A program made the translations under genes and the position numbers. A stretch of 24,000 nt of DNA, taken from the NCBI GenBank assembly GCA_009889585.1, contig WUQV01000172.1, positions 1 through 24,000 on the forward strand, written 5' to 3'. The stretch comes from Candidatus Bathyarchaeota archaeon (GTDB lineage: Archaea > Thermoproteota > Bathyarchaeia > Bathyarchaeales > WUQV01). Below the pieces are notes generated by a model. It had not been told where the DNA came from, did no database searches, and saw only the letters and a program-made list of their open reading frames with translations. How positions within the stretch are numbered: the first letter of the stretch is position 1; every line of letters begins with the position of its first letter. Below, piece after piece: positions 16,047-24,000 of the stretch.

Positions 16047-17528
16047 GTGGAGGGCTTAAAGGTCGCGTGCGGCGTGTTCGGAGCCGCGGACTTCGAAGGT
16101 CGATCGGTTTTCCCGCTCATTTACTGGGGGTTAAGGGCTCAAAACCATCGAGGCCATCAGTCGTATGGCTTCTTAACGTACGATAGAGGATTTCACGTTC
16201 ATAAGAGCTTGGGGTTGATACCGAAGTTGAAGGCCGGCGTAATGCAAAAGCAGCTTAAGCGTTTAATTGGACACGTAGGCATTGGAAACGTTAGATATAC
16301 TACGTCAGGAGGAGCTGATGAGCGATCACTAATGAAAAATGCACAGCCAGTTATAGCAGAGTATGAGAGGAAAAAAGTTGCTATTTCATTTAATGGGAAT
16401 GTAGTAAACATCATTCAATTGAAGGATGAGTTTAATAAATTGTTCTTAAATATTACGTATGAATCCGATATGGAGTTAATATGTTATGAAATTCTTAAGG
16501 GGATGTTAAAGGTTGGAGATTTAATGGAATCAGTGAAGGCTTGCATAGAGGAGCTGGAGGGCGCTTTCTCCGTCGCTGGCGTGACTGAAGACGGAACTTT
16601 CTTCGCTTTTAAAGACCCTTATGGCATAAGGCCCCTTTGCGCTGGATTTAGCGAGGACCGTAACGCTTACGCCGTCTCCTCTGAAAGCGTCGGGTTAGAC
16701 ATTAACGACCTTACGTTTGATTTCGAAGTGGAGCCAGGGGAATTAATCGTCGCTACGAACGATGGCTTCGAACGGAGTAAGCTCGTTAGCGGTAGAAGGA
16801 AGGCCTTTTGCGCTTTTGAATTCGCTTATTTCGCAAGGCCTGACTCCCGCCTCGGGGATAAGTACGTTTACGAAGTTAGGGAGGAGTTCGGAAGGAATCT
16901 AGCTTCGGAGTACGCAGACGTAGCGAGGGGTGTTGACGTAATCCTTTCCATGCCTGAGACGGCTGAGGACGCTGCGCTAGGCCTTCATGAGGCGACTGGC
17001 TTAAGGTGGGAACGAGCTTTACGAAGGCATCGCTACGTCACGGAGAGGGCGTTCATCCTCCTGCCGGCTGAACGATATGAGACCGTTGGGAAGAAGGTAA
17101 ACGTCCTCGCCTCGAAGATACGTGGAAAACGCGTAATCGTAGTAGACGATAGCATCGTTAGAGGGGATACGACAAAGGTTATCGTAAGGAGGTTGCGTAA
17201 AATGGGCGCTAAGGAGGTTCACTTGTTCATAACGTTCCCACGAATTAGAGGACCTTGCTTTTATGGAATTGATATGGCAACTTATAGTGAGTTGATTGGC
17301 TCAATGCATGAGCCACATGAAATAGCTGAGATAGTAGGTGCAGATAGCGTAAATTATCAATCTGTGAATAATTTTGTAAAGGCAACCGGATTTAGTGAAA
17401 ATGAGCTTTGCTTAGGTTGCGTAACGTTAAATTATCCAACGCCATTAGCACAAAAGCTTGCAGATGAAGGGTGGAAGAGAGTTCAAGAAGGGCAAGTAGA
17501 AGTAGGGAGATTATACGAGTGTAGTTAA
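16047..17528 (+). CDS. purF: Amidophosphoribosyltransferase (glutamine PRPP amidotransferase), divergent
   Basis: Ntn-type Cys after a short leader 'MEGLKVA|CGVFG', 'HRGHQSYG', PRTase motif 'GKRVIVVDDSIVRGDTTKVIVRRLRKMGAKEVH', C-terminal 'CLGCVTLNYPTP'. GTG start. Confidence 0.88.
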   Translation: MEGLKVACGVFGAADFEGRSVFPLIYWGLRAQNHRGHQSYGFLTYDRGFHVHKSLGLIPKLKAGVMQKQLKRLIGHVGIGNVRYTTSGGADERSLMKNAQPVIAEYERKKVAISFNGNVVNIIQLKDEFNKLFLNITYESDMELICYEILKGMLKVGDLMESVKACIEELEGAFSVAGVTEDGTFFAFKDPYGIRPLCAGFSEDRNAYAVSSESVGLDINDLTFDFEVEPGELIVATNDGFERSKLVSGRRKAFCAFEFAYFARPDSRLGDKYVYEVREEFGRNLASEYADVARGVDVILSMPETAEDAALGLHEATGLRWERALRRHRYVTERAFILLPAERYETVGKKVNVLASKIRGKRVIVVDDSIVRGDTTKVIVRRLRKMGAKEVHLFITFPRIRGPCFYGIDMATYSELIGSMHEPHEIAEIVGADSVNYQSVNNFVKATGFSENELCLGCVTLNYPTPLAQKLADEGWKRVQEGQVEVGRLYECS

Positions 17529-17897
17529 AACCTTTAAAAGTATTGTTAACTATAACTTTTTAATCTTCAGCTAACCTTTGGACTATTTTCGCTTCGACGA
17601 AAATCAACCTCAAGCCTTGCGAGAAAGGGAACCTAGGGTTTCATAGCTATAACTCATTATGCCTTCCCCAGATGAACCTCTTCTTCCGCTGCTCCTCCTC
17701 AATCAGCTCCTTTAAATCCCCCTTCGCAAGGCCTCTTGACGGCCGATTAGGATCTATCGATAGCTGACCCCTTATGCCTGCAGGCCAGCCCTTCCGAAAA
17801 AGCGAAGATGAGGCATCGATCAAATCGAGGTAAAGAGGGCAGATCATTCAGCTTTATCTAGATCAAGAAATTTACGGCATCCTGAGATAATATTCTC

Positions 17898-18232
17898 TTA
17901 TACTGTTCCATAAAGGACTCCACCAAGAACGTGGGGGAGTTTTGTATGCATTACTACATTACAAGGCGTTTCCTTTAAGCTATTTTTGCTTTTCTTAATA
18001 TTAAAGCGCGCCGACCACGTTGATTTTCCATAGCAAGTTCAAATGGTTACCAACTTTAGTCAGGAGGGAACCTACGTGTACCACTTTTGACCAATTTATT
18101 CCATCTCAGGCTTAAGTAAGTTGTAGGAATTTAGGCGAGTAGTGAATTTATGGATAACTCAGCGGGCTTTCTTCAAAGGTTCCTCTTATTACGTCTAGTT
18201 TCCTTATAACAGACTTTAATCTTAACAGCCAT
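17898..18232 (-). pseudogene. Remnant(s) of decayed minus-strand coding sequence, unassigned
   Basis: Manually read pieces: MAVKIKVCYKETRRNKRNL* (18232..18173) and TCYGKSTWSARFNIKKSKNSLKETPCNVVMHTKLPHVLGGVLYGTV* (18038..17898), continuing as ENIISGCRKFLDLDKAE*. Interrupted by stops and frame changes. Confidence 0.3.
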
Positions 18233-18745
18233 ATGAAAGAGCTTTATGCAATGTAAAGATAATTAACTATGCGGCTTCGAACCTTTTAAGTTCAAATTAT
18301 TTTAACCTAAATGATCCTCATCGCTGTCCTTTAAATTAGCCGTACAAAACTACCACGCTTGTGCTGAGAACAGGAAACGTCATCACTTCCATCAAGTTTC
18401 TTAAAATGTGAAATGCCTAGGCTTCTATGGCAAAGTCTAGAATAGAAACCGCTTATTAAGCTTAATATTAAGCATACAAGAAATCTTCAACAATCTAGCA
18501 TGAAAGCAATTAAAACCTTAAGAAAAAGTCAAAGGATGAATCGCAAATTCTATTGCATACATGGCACTTATTGCAGCATAAATTAGTAGCAAAGTCTGCC
18601 TAGGCTTTATAAGCTTTTATAACCTTAGAATTAATCCCTTATGGCTTGCTAGGAGTGAAAGCTATATATTTTGCTAAAGCCGATGCTACCCAGGGTAATA
18701 AATTAACTTACTCTGCTTGCAAACCTCACTAAGTGTATATAAGCC

Positions 18746-19174
18746 TTAATCGGATTTATTTTCCTCATAAGTTTTCGTTATTTTCTTCTTGAAAAGAAAC
18801 TCTAATTGAGACATGACTTTAACTTCATATTTTTTAAGCAATTTCCTTGCTTTTTTATCACTTGTAATCACTATGTCTGCATTTATTGTCTTCGCTAAGT
18901 TTACAAGATGAGAATCATCTATTTCCTCAGGAAGAATTCTAACAAGTTCCTCATCCCTTTTCATGATAAGCTGACCTTGCTCTTTTAAACGATCTAACTT
19001 TCTCATGACTGATAGTGGTGATAGACCTTCTTCTCCAATATGCCTTTCATACTCATCACTTAATCTTCTGCAAAGGGCTACAGTGATCTTCTCCTGCTTT
19101 GCTTTATTAATAATACACTCTCCTAAGTACTTCTTAAGGAAGGAACAAGCATCGATTACCACGGTTTTCTTCAT
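18746..19174 (-). CDS. PIN-domain-like putative nuclease
   Basis: 'KTVVIDACSFLKKYLGE' (first Asp), 'LPEEIDDSHLVNLAKTINADIVITSDKKARKLLKKYEVKVMSQLEFL' matches the C-terminal PIN acidic pattern. Starts immediately after the ATPase stop codon. Confidence 0.75.
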   Translation of the reverse strand: MKKTVVIDACSFLKKYLGECIINKAKQEKITVALCRRLSDEYERHIGEEGLSPLSVMRKLDRLKEQGQLIMKRDEELVRILPEEIDDSHLVNLAKTINADIVITSDKKARKLLKKYEVKVMSQLEFLFKKKITKTYEENKSD

Positions 19175-20497
19175 TCATACCTTACTCGGAATAGTCTCTT
19201 CCCATTCTCTTAATAACCTGCGCTCAACTTCAAAGAAAGATGGAATATAGCCTTTAATGTAACCATACTCGTTTAACATTAGTTTCCTTGCAAAGGTACC
19301 TTTACTTCCTTTCTCGATCTCATAGACTGCTATAAGGTCATTTGGATCTTCATAAGGGCCCTCTTTAATAGCTAGCTTTACGGCCCTACTTAATGCCATA
19401 GGCAGTATGGTACTGTGAGTAGTCGCAATTATTTGCTTACCAAATTTAACTGCGTCATAAAACATTAAAGGCAATTGCGATACCGCTTCCGGATGAAGGC
19501 TTATCTCAGGTTCTTCTATCAATATCAAACCTTGATGAGGCCAGAACAACTGACAGATTACACTTAATGCCTGTCTGGCTCCATGACTTGCTTGTGCTAA
19601 CTCAAGCACCACGTTTAATTTGTCATCCTGATAATCAGAGCCAAGCTTATGTGAGCCTCGGAATCCAGCATATAAATCTATGATTCTTAAATCACTAGCC
19701 CATCTTTTAACGGCGTCCCATTCTTCCCTATATCGTCTTGAGCTAGATAGAATTGATAAACATTCGATTAAATTTTCTCCTGCTAATCCCATCTCTCTAG
19801 GGCTCTTTGAGTCATCGCCATAGTAGGGCGTTCTTCCTCTTATTGGAGAAAGAAGTGCAACTCTACTGACGTAGTTATGTACTAACTCATTCTGTATTAA
19901 CTTGACAATTCTCATAGAAAGTTTGGAGCGTGGCTCACATTCTTTAAGCTTTTCCTCATCCTCCTTTGGAGCAGATAACATAAAGGCTCCTGGACTTAAT
20001 AGATGAGGGTTACTTGCGTATATCTCCTTATATTCTTCAGGTTTAAGAACCATGTACTTACCTTCAGCTAGGCCTATTCTAAGCACGGTTTGATCATTTA
20101 TACTGACTTCCTGGGCTGCATATTCATGTCCATATGCTATCTCCCAACTTAAATAGGAATTTTCCCTTATCGTGATTCCAACTTCGCTAGCTAGATATTG
20201 TAATTCTTTAAAAGAATCGGTTGGAATGGTAGAGATAATCTTAAATATTATCGGATTTTTAGAAGACGCTTTATGAAAAATCATGTCTTCATTTTCATAC
20301 TTAGGCTCTATTGCCCACAAACTATGGATATATGCCGTTCCTGTCAATATTCGTGACAGCCTCCATATTGCTTCAAGAATGTTAGACTTTCCTGAGCCCG
20401 TGAGCCCGAAAAGTAGCGTTATTGGCTTAAGCTCTAACTCCACCCCAGGCTCACTACCTATGCTTTTGAAGTTTTTTACTACGAGCTTAACTAGCAT
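19175..20497 (-). CDS. AAA family ATPase (OLD/RecF/SMC-like, AAA_15/AAA_21 type)
   Basis: 'LVVKNFKSIG...ITLLFGLTGSGKSNILEAIWRLS' Walker A, 'ASHGARQALSVICQLF' degenerate signature region, 'GLILIEEPEISLHPEAVSQLPLMF' Walker B, 'QIIATTHSTILPMALSRAVK'. Confidence 0.9.
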   Translation of the reverse strand: MLVKLVVKNFKSIGSEPGVELELKPITLLFGLTGSGKSNILEAIWRLSRILTGTAYIHSLWAIEPKYENEDMIFHKASSKNPIIFKIISTIPTDSFKELQYLASEVGITIRENSYLSWEIAYGHEYAAQEVSINDQTVLRIGLAEGKYMVLKPEEYKEIYASNPHLLSPGAFMLSAPKEDEEKLKECEPRSKLSMRIVKLIQNELVHNYVSRVALLSPIRGRTPYYGDDSKSPREMGLAGENLIECLSILSSSRRYREEWDAVKRWASDLRIIDLYAGFRGSHKLGSDYQDDKLNVVLELAQASHGARQALSVICQLFWPHQGLILIEEPEISLHPEAVSQLPLMFYDAVKFGKQIIATTHSTILPMALSRAVKLAIKEGPYEDPNDLIAVYEIEKGSKGTFARKLMLNEYGYIKGYIPSFFEVERRLLREWEETIPSKV

Positions 20498-20547
20498 GCC
20501 TCATAACTAAAGGAACGAACTGACTTAAATCCGTATCTGAAGCAGGA

Positions 20548-20732
20548 GTCATCACGCTTACGCATGATCTCCGAGAAGCCGTGAAGATTGAAGCGTTAAA
20601 CAAGGTCTAACTCTCACGCAGGCGGTAGGGGCTGCGTTACGGAAGTGGCTTGAGCTTTCTGATGCGGAGAGAAAGAAGAGAGCCGAAGGAGGAGGATGGC
20701 TACGCCAAAACCACCTTTTTAACGCGTGCTAG
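20548..20732 (+). pseudogene. Frameshifted remnant of a ribbon-helix-helix (CopG/Arc-like) protein
   Basis: Frame A (20548-20607): VITLTHDLREAVKIEALNKV*; frame B (from 20610): TLTQAVGAALRKWLELSDAERKKRAEGGGWLRQNHLFNAC*. Joined, these give an RHH-like 'ITLTHDLREAVKIEALNKG-LTLTQAVGAALRKWLE'. Confidence 0.45.
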
Positions 20733-20952
20733 AGGCGGAAACCAAAAGTTTAGACTGGGAATTCAGAATATCAGATTTCCACGTACTTCCTTAATTGGAT
20801 ATTCCTTTTTCCCTTTCCCATATAACAGTTCTCTTTCAAGCTTGAAGCTGAATACTTTCATTGACTAAAGTTAGGCTTCTATGTAGAAGAGGGACGTCAT
20901 CAGGAAACCGATACATGAACTTTTCACATGACTATTCTGCTAACTCGCACTG

Positions 20953-21273
20953 TTAACGACAAAGCCTTCTTCTCCTCGGCATTCGTCTAAGATATGTAGA
21001 TCTGCTAAGTATCTTATTGCTCCTTAAGGAGATGACTAAGCGGAATCCCTCGAATTCGGGTTCAGCCCTCTTTGTCCCTAGCACTACCAGCACTGGCTCG
21101 CCAGCCCTTGTACAATACCTTGAAGCTACGACTTCTGGACTATCATCAGGCTTAAAGAACTCCTCAATACATTCGCAATACCCAACAACTCCCTGACGAT
21201 AAATGCGTAATTCTCCATCATAATTCTCTAAAGTGAACTCTTCATTCTTCCAAAATGCTAGCTTGACCATCAT
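20953..21273 (-). CDS. Hypothetical protein, 106 aa
   Basis: Continuous ORF with balanced composition (VKLAFWKNEEFTLENYDGELRIYRQGVVGYCECIEEFF...); no family recognised. Confidence 0.45.
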   Translation of the reverse strand: MMVKLAFWKNEEFTLENYDGELRIYRQGVVGYCECIEEFFKPDDSPEVVASRYCTRAGEPVLVVLGTKRAEPEFEGFRLVISLRSNKILSRSTYLRRMPRRRRLCR

Positions 21274-21564
21274 TACCTTGATATTAGTGAGCTGGCTTTA
21301 ATAGTTTTCTATATATCTCTTAAGCTCGTCAAAAATCCGTAAGGAGAGGGCGGAGGACTTAACGCTCGCCCCTAGGTCATCATTGCCGAACCTCGTTGAG
21401 AGGGACCTCATTCCGATGGAGAGTTAACCAGCTTGGCCTGAACTTCATCTAAATCCCACGACCTTAGATACTGGTCCACATCAGTAGGCGTTGCAGGGGA
21501 AACCTGCTACTGCACTCTCAGTCATATGATCATAAAATGGGGGAGAGCTTGGATTAACCTTCGG

Positions 21565-21987
21565 CTATGAAGGTGCGTTGCTATAGTGCCGGAGCCAGTG
21601 GTCCAAGAAGCCACCACGCATGAGGTAGACCATTAAATGATCTGTAGCAATTAATTGTACTACTTGAGGAGGCGAGCATTGTGCTTTGTGTATAACTTCC
21701 TTCTTGATTATCACTATCGACTCGGGTATTATCTCCCCTATTGTTCCGAGCTCATTTCTTCCTATTTCCCTCAACTTTGCCTCAAATTCTATATAAACAC
21801 TTGTTCCATTGGGGAAATGTATGTAAGTTATTCCATACACCCTAGGACCCTCTGTATAAATGCGAAATATATGCTCTTTAGGGCTCTCTGCGGGGTTGCT
21901 AGCAACTAAAGGGGCATTGGTTCCTGCAAGAGTAGTGATGAAGATAACGACGGAGATTATGGCTGCTAATTTCTTGAACCGAGACAA
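21565..21987 (-). CDS. Putative secreted protein, 140 aa
   Basis: N-terminal signal-peptide-like 'MSRFKKLAAIISVVIFITTLAGTNAPLVAS'; the rest has no recognised motif. Confidence 0.55.
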   Translation of the reverse strand: MSRFKKLAAIISVVIFITTLAGTNAPLVASNPAESPKEHIFRIYTEGPRVYGITYIHFPNGTSVYIEFEAKLREIGRNELGTIGEIIPESIVIIKKEVIHKAQCSPPQVVQLIATDHLMVYLMRGGFLDHWLRHYSNAPS

Positions 21988-22253
21988 TAGATTCCCTGAG
22001 AGGGAATCTCCGAGAGGCTTGCCCGATATAAACCTTTCGGTTTTTCCTTTGCTTTACTTTTCATGGCGTTAATCAAGAGCTTGTTGACCTAAAGGCTTAA
22101 TACCCCTTAGGAAATGATAGCGCTGGACATATTCAGCTTATAATGCCCTTGACATTGAACATTATACCAAAGGCTGTAACAGCCTTTCTTAAACGAAAGG
22201 TTAACGATATCGAGTTTAAGGCCGTAAGCTGTTAAGAGATCCGTCGATATTCG

Positions 22254-23066
22254 CTAATGACTTTTAGTTAAGTAGTCGATTAAGCCCTCGAATATAAGCT
22301 TTCCATCGCCGTATTGTGGAATCGCTTTTTCCCTCGTCCAATTCGGCTGTTGCCATACGTAAAAGGCTCTCTCCGGGTGAGGCATTAAGCCGAATACGAG
22401 CCCGCTTGAATCGCAAATCCCAGCTATATCATGAAACGATCCATTAGGGTTAAATGGGTAATCCCCTTCCGCCGGCTCTCCATTCGGGCGGCAGTATCGC
22501 AGGACGAGTTGATCGTCTTCGCAAAGCTTCTTCAAAAGCTCTTGTTCCCTCTCCTTCGAGAAGGTGAGCCTCCCTTCGCTATGGGCGATAGGCATCCGTA
22601 GAACTTTGCCCTTTGGGATCTTCCGCGTGAAAACGCACTTCCCTGAGCTCTCATGACGAACGTAAACCCATCGACAATTGTAACCAGGCGGGATGTTCGG
22701 AGCTAACGTCGCCTCAGGCCTTGCCTCGCCGAGATCCGGCAACAACCCCATTTCGATTAAAACTTGAAAGCCGTTGCAAATCCCGAGGACTGCTTTACCC
22801 TTTGATACGAAGGCCCTTATCTCCTTGCCGAGCTTCGCCTCCAGCAACTTCGCCCAAACTGCTCCAGCTCTAACGTAATCCCCAAAGGAGAAGCCGCCGG
22901 GGATTATTAATGCATCATAATTAGTAAGCTTATCCTTTCGTTTAACTATTTCATTCATATGCAAAACATCAACTTTAGCGCCTAGTTCTACAAGAGATCT
23001 TTTCGTTTCAGCATCACAATTCGTTCCACCAACTCGTATCATTAGAATCTTAACTCTCTTACTCAC
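22254..23066 (-). CDS. purQ: Phosphoribosylformylglycinamidine synthase, glutaminase subunit PurQ
   Basis: 'IPGGFSFGDYVRAGAVWAK', 'GKAVLGICNGFQVLIEMGLLP' (catalytic Cys), 'MPIAHSEGRL', 'GLMPHPERAF'. GTG start chosen at 23066 because purL stops at 23069 (TGA-TA-GTG). The provided track extends it to 23096. Confidence 0.95.
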   Translation of the reverse strand: MSKRVKILMIRVGGTNCDAETKRSLVELGAKVDVLHMNEIVKRKDKLTNYDALIIPGGFSFGDYVRAGAVWAKLLEAKLGKEIRAFVSKGKAVLGICNGFQVLIEMGLLPDLGEARPEATLAPNIPPGYNCRWVYVRHESSGKCVFTRKIPKGKVLRMPIAHSEGRLTFSKEREQELLKKLCEDDQLVLRYCRPNGEPAEGDYPFNPNGSFHDIAGICDSSGLVFGLMPHPERAFYVWQQPNWTREKAIPQYGDGKLIFEGLIDYLTKSH

Positions 23067-23068
23067 TA

Positions 23069-24000
23069 TCAAACCCTCTCTAAAGTAGACTTCCAAGCTT
23101 GCAATAACTCATTGATACTTAAATCAATAATCACATCCTCCATACTATAAATACAAAGACGTGGACTAGATGTAACCATGCCTATTAACGCATAATCGCA
23201 ATTCCTCATTAAGCTCTCGAACTCATCTCGATCCTCCTCAGAAACTTCCGTTAAGAACCGACTATTAGACTCGGAGAAGAGCATGAAATCTTCCCTTTCT
23301 ACGTTGACCCTTGGCACGTCCTTAAGCCTTAGCTCCAATCCATATCCTCCGCTGAAGGCCATTTCAGCGGCTGCTACAGCCAGCCCTCCTTCTGAGAGGT
23401 CATGACAAGCTCTTACGAGGCGCCTTTTGATCGCCGTAGATATGGCTCTCATCGTCTTACGGGCTTTAGCAGGCCTAACCCTCGGGACCGTCCGTCCGAT
23501 GAGGCCCTTAATTCGATAGTACTCTGATCCCCCGAGCTCCGGGTAGGTCAAGCCGATAACGTAGATCAAATCCCCTGGACTTTTCACGTCTACGGATACC
23601 ACCTTCCTCACGTCGTTAACGATGCCTACGGCCGTCATCAAGAGCGTCGGCGTAACGGGGCCGAGGGGCGACTCGTTGTACAGGCTGTCCTTACCCGATA
23701 CGAACGGCGTCCCAAAGGCCTTCGCGAAGTCGTAGCACGCTTTACAAGCCCTGACGAGGGCCCCAAGCCTATCCGGCTTTTCAGGGTTCCCCCACGTGAA
23801 ATTGTCTAAAAGCGCGATCCTGCTCCCCCCGACCGCCACGTTATTCCGAATGGCCTCGTCGATGGCGGAGGCAGCCATCCAATACGGGTCTATCTTCCCG
23901 TAACGCGGGTTCATCCCGCACGATATCACCAAGCCCCTCCAAGAGCGATCCAACGGCTTGATCACTACGGCGTCGTTCGGCCCTCCAACGTCGCCTTGAA
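23069..24000 (-). CDS. purL: Phosphoribosylformylglycinamidine synthase, PurL (partial, runs off the window)
   Basis: 'QGDVGGPNDAVVIKPLDRSWRGLVISCGMNPRYGKIDPYWMAASAIDEAIRNNVAVGG', 'GKDSLYNE', 'ACHDLSEGGLAVAAAEMAFSGGYG'. The frame stays open to base 24000. Confidence 0.95.
   Translation of the reverse strand, partial: QGDVGGPNDAVVIKPLDRSWRGLVISCGMNPRYGKIDPYWMAASAIDEAIRNNVAVGGSRIALLDNFTWGNPEKPDRLGALVRACKACYDFAKAFGTPFVSGKDSLYNESPLGPVTPTLLMTAVGIVNDVRKVVSVDVKSPGDLIYVIGLTYPELGGSEYYRIKGLIGRTVPRVRPAKARKTMRAISTAIKRRLVRACHDLSEGGLAVAAAEMAFSGGYGLELRLKDVPRVNVEREDFMLFSESNSRFLTEVSEEDRDEFESLMRNCDYALIGMVTSSPRLCIYSMEDVIIDLSINELLQAWKSTLERV

Noticed and set aside
16199-17222. Minus-strand ORFs 16199..16414 and 17019..17222
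   Set aside because: Antisense to purF.
17647-17847. Minus-strand 66 aa ORF (MICPLYLDLIDASSSLFRKGW...)
   Set aside because: Its C-terminal half has somewhat coding-like texture, but there is no recognised family, promoter or conservation evidence. Left unclaimed.
19005-20868. Forward ORFs 19005..19250, 20283..20510 and 20650..20868
   Set aside because: The first two are antisense to the PIN/ATPase genes. The third overlaps the RHH-like remnant in a different frame with no domain support.
21655-22072. Forward ORFs 21655..21909 and 21860..22072
   Set aside because: Mostly antisense to the signal-peptide-bearing minus-strand ORF 21565..21987.
1-24000. CRISPR array or tRNA/rRNA genes
   Set aside because: No regularly spaced repeats seen. 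The 'ggttcgaagcc'-like string near 18270 on the minus strand does not form a T-arm, and no rRNA sequence was recognised. A tRNAscan-SE/Infernal run would be needed to be definitive.

Overview
This is an archaeal chromosomal window: archaeal aRF1, short leaders with AT-rich TATA-like boxes, GTG/TTG starts. The core consists of housekeeping genes: aRF1 (prf1), valS, purF, purQ, purL (partial), a Fap7-type adenylate kinase-like protein, a DtxR-family regulator, a ThiI-like PP-loop protein and an MBL-fold hydrolase. Between these lie accessory stretches. (i) A minus-strand cluster (about 11.2-15.9 kb) encodes two 2-hydroxyacyl-CoA dehydratase/benzoyl-CoA reductase-type subunits and an AMP-forming acyl-CoA synthetase. 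It is followed by a decayed fragment that I read by hand as the N-terminus of a LarA/DUF2088-like protein. (ii) A zero-gap gene pair encodes an OLD/SMC-like AAA ATPase and a PIN-like protein (18.75-20.5 kb), flanked by a 1.2 kb coding-poor decayed tract and a frameshifted ribbon-helix-helix-like remnant. This pair is the best candidate for an undescribed defence or toxin-type module. (iii) The 4.4-6.2 kb region is coding-poor and contains short remnants and a TM/coiled-coil protein resembling a second one at 761-1306. I also note a perfect 13+13 bp inverted repeat directly upstream of the purF promoter, a divergent PurF, and apparent intragenic base-composition mosaics in valS, purF and purQ/purL. 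No CRISPR array or complete mobile element was recognised, and no tRNA was found by eye. All family calls come from motif recognition, with no database search.
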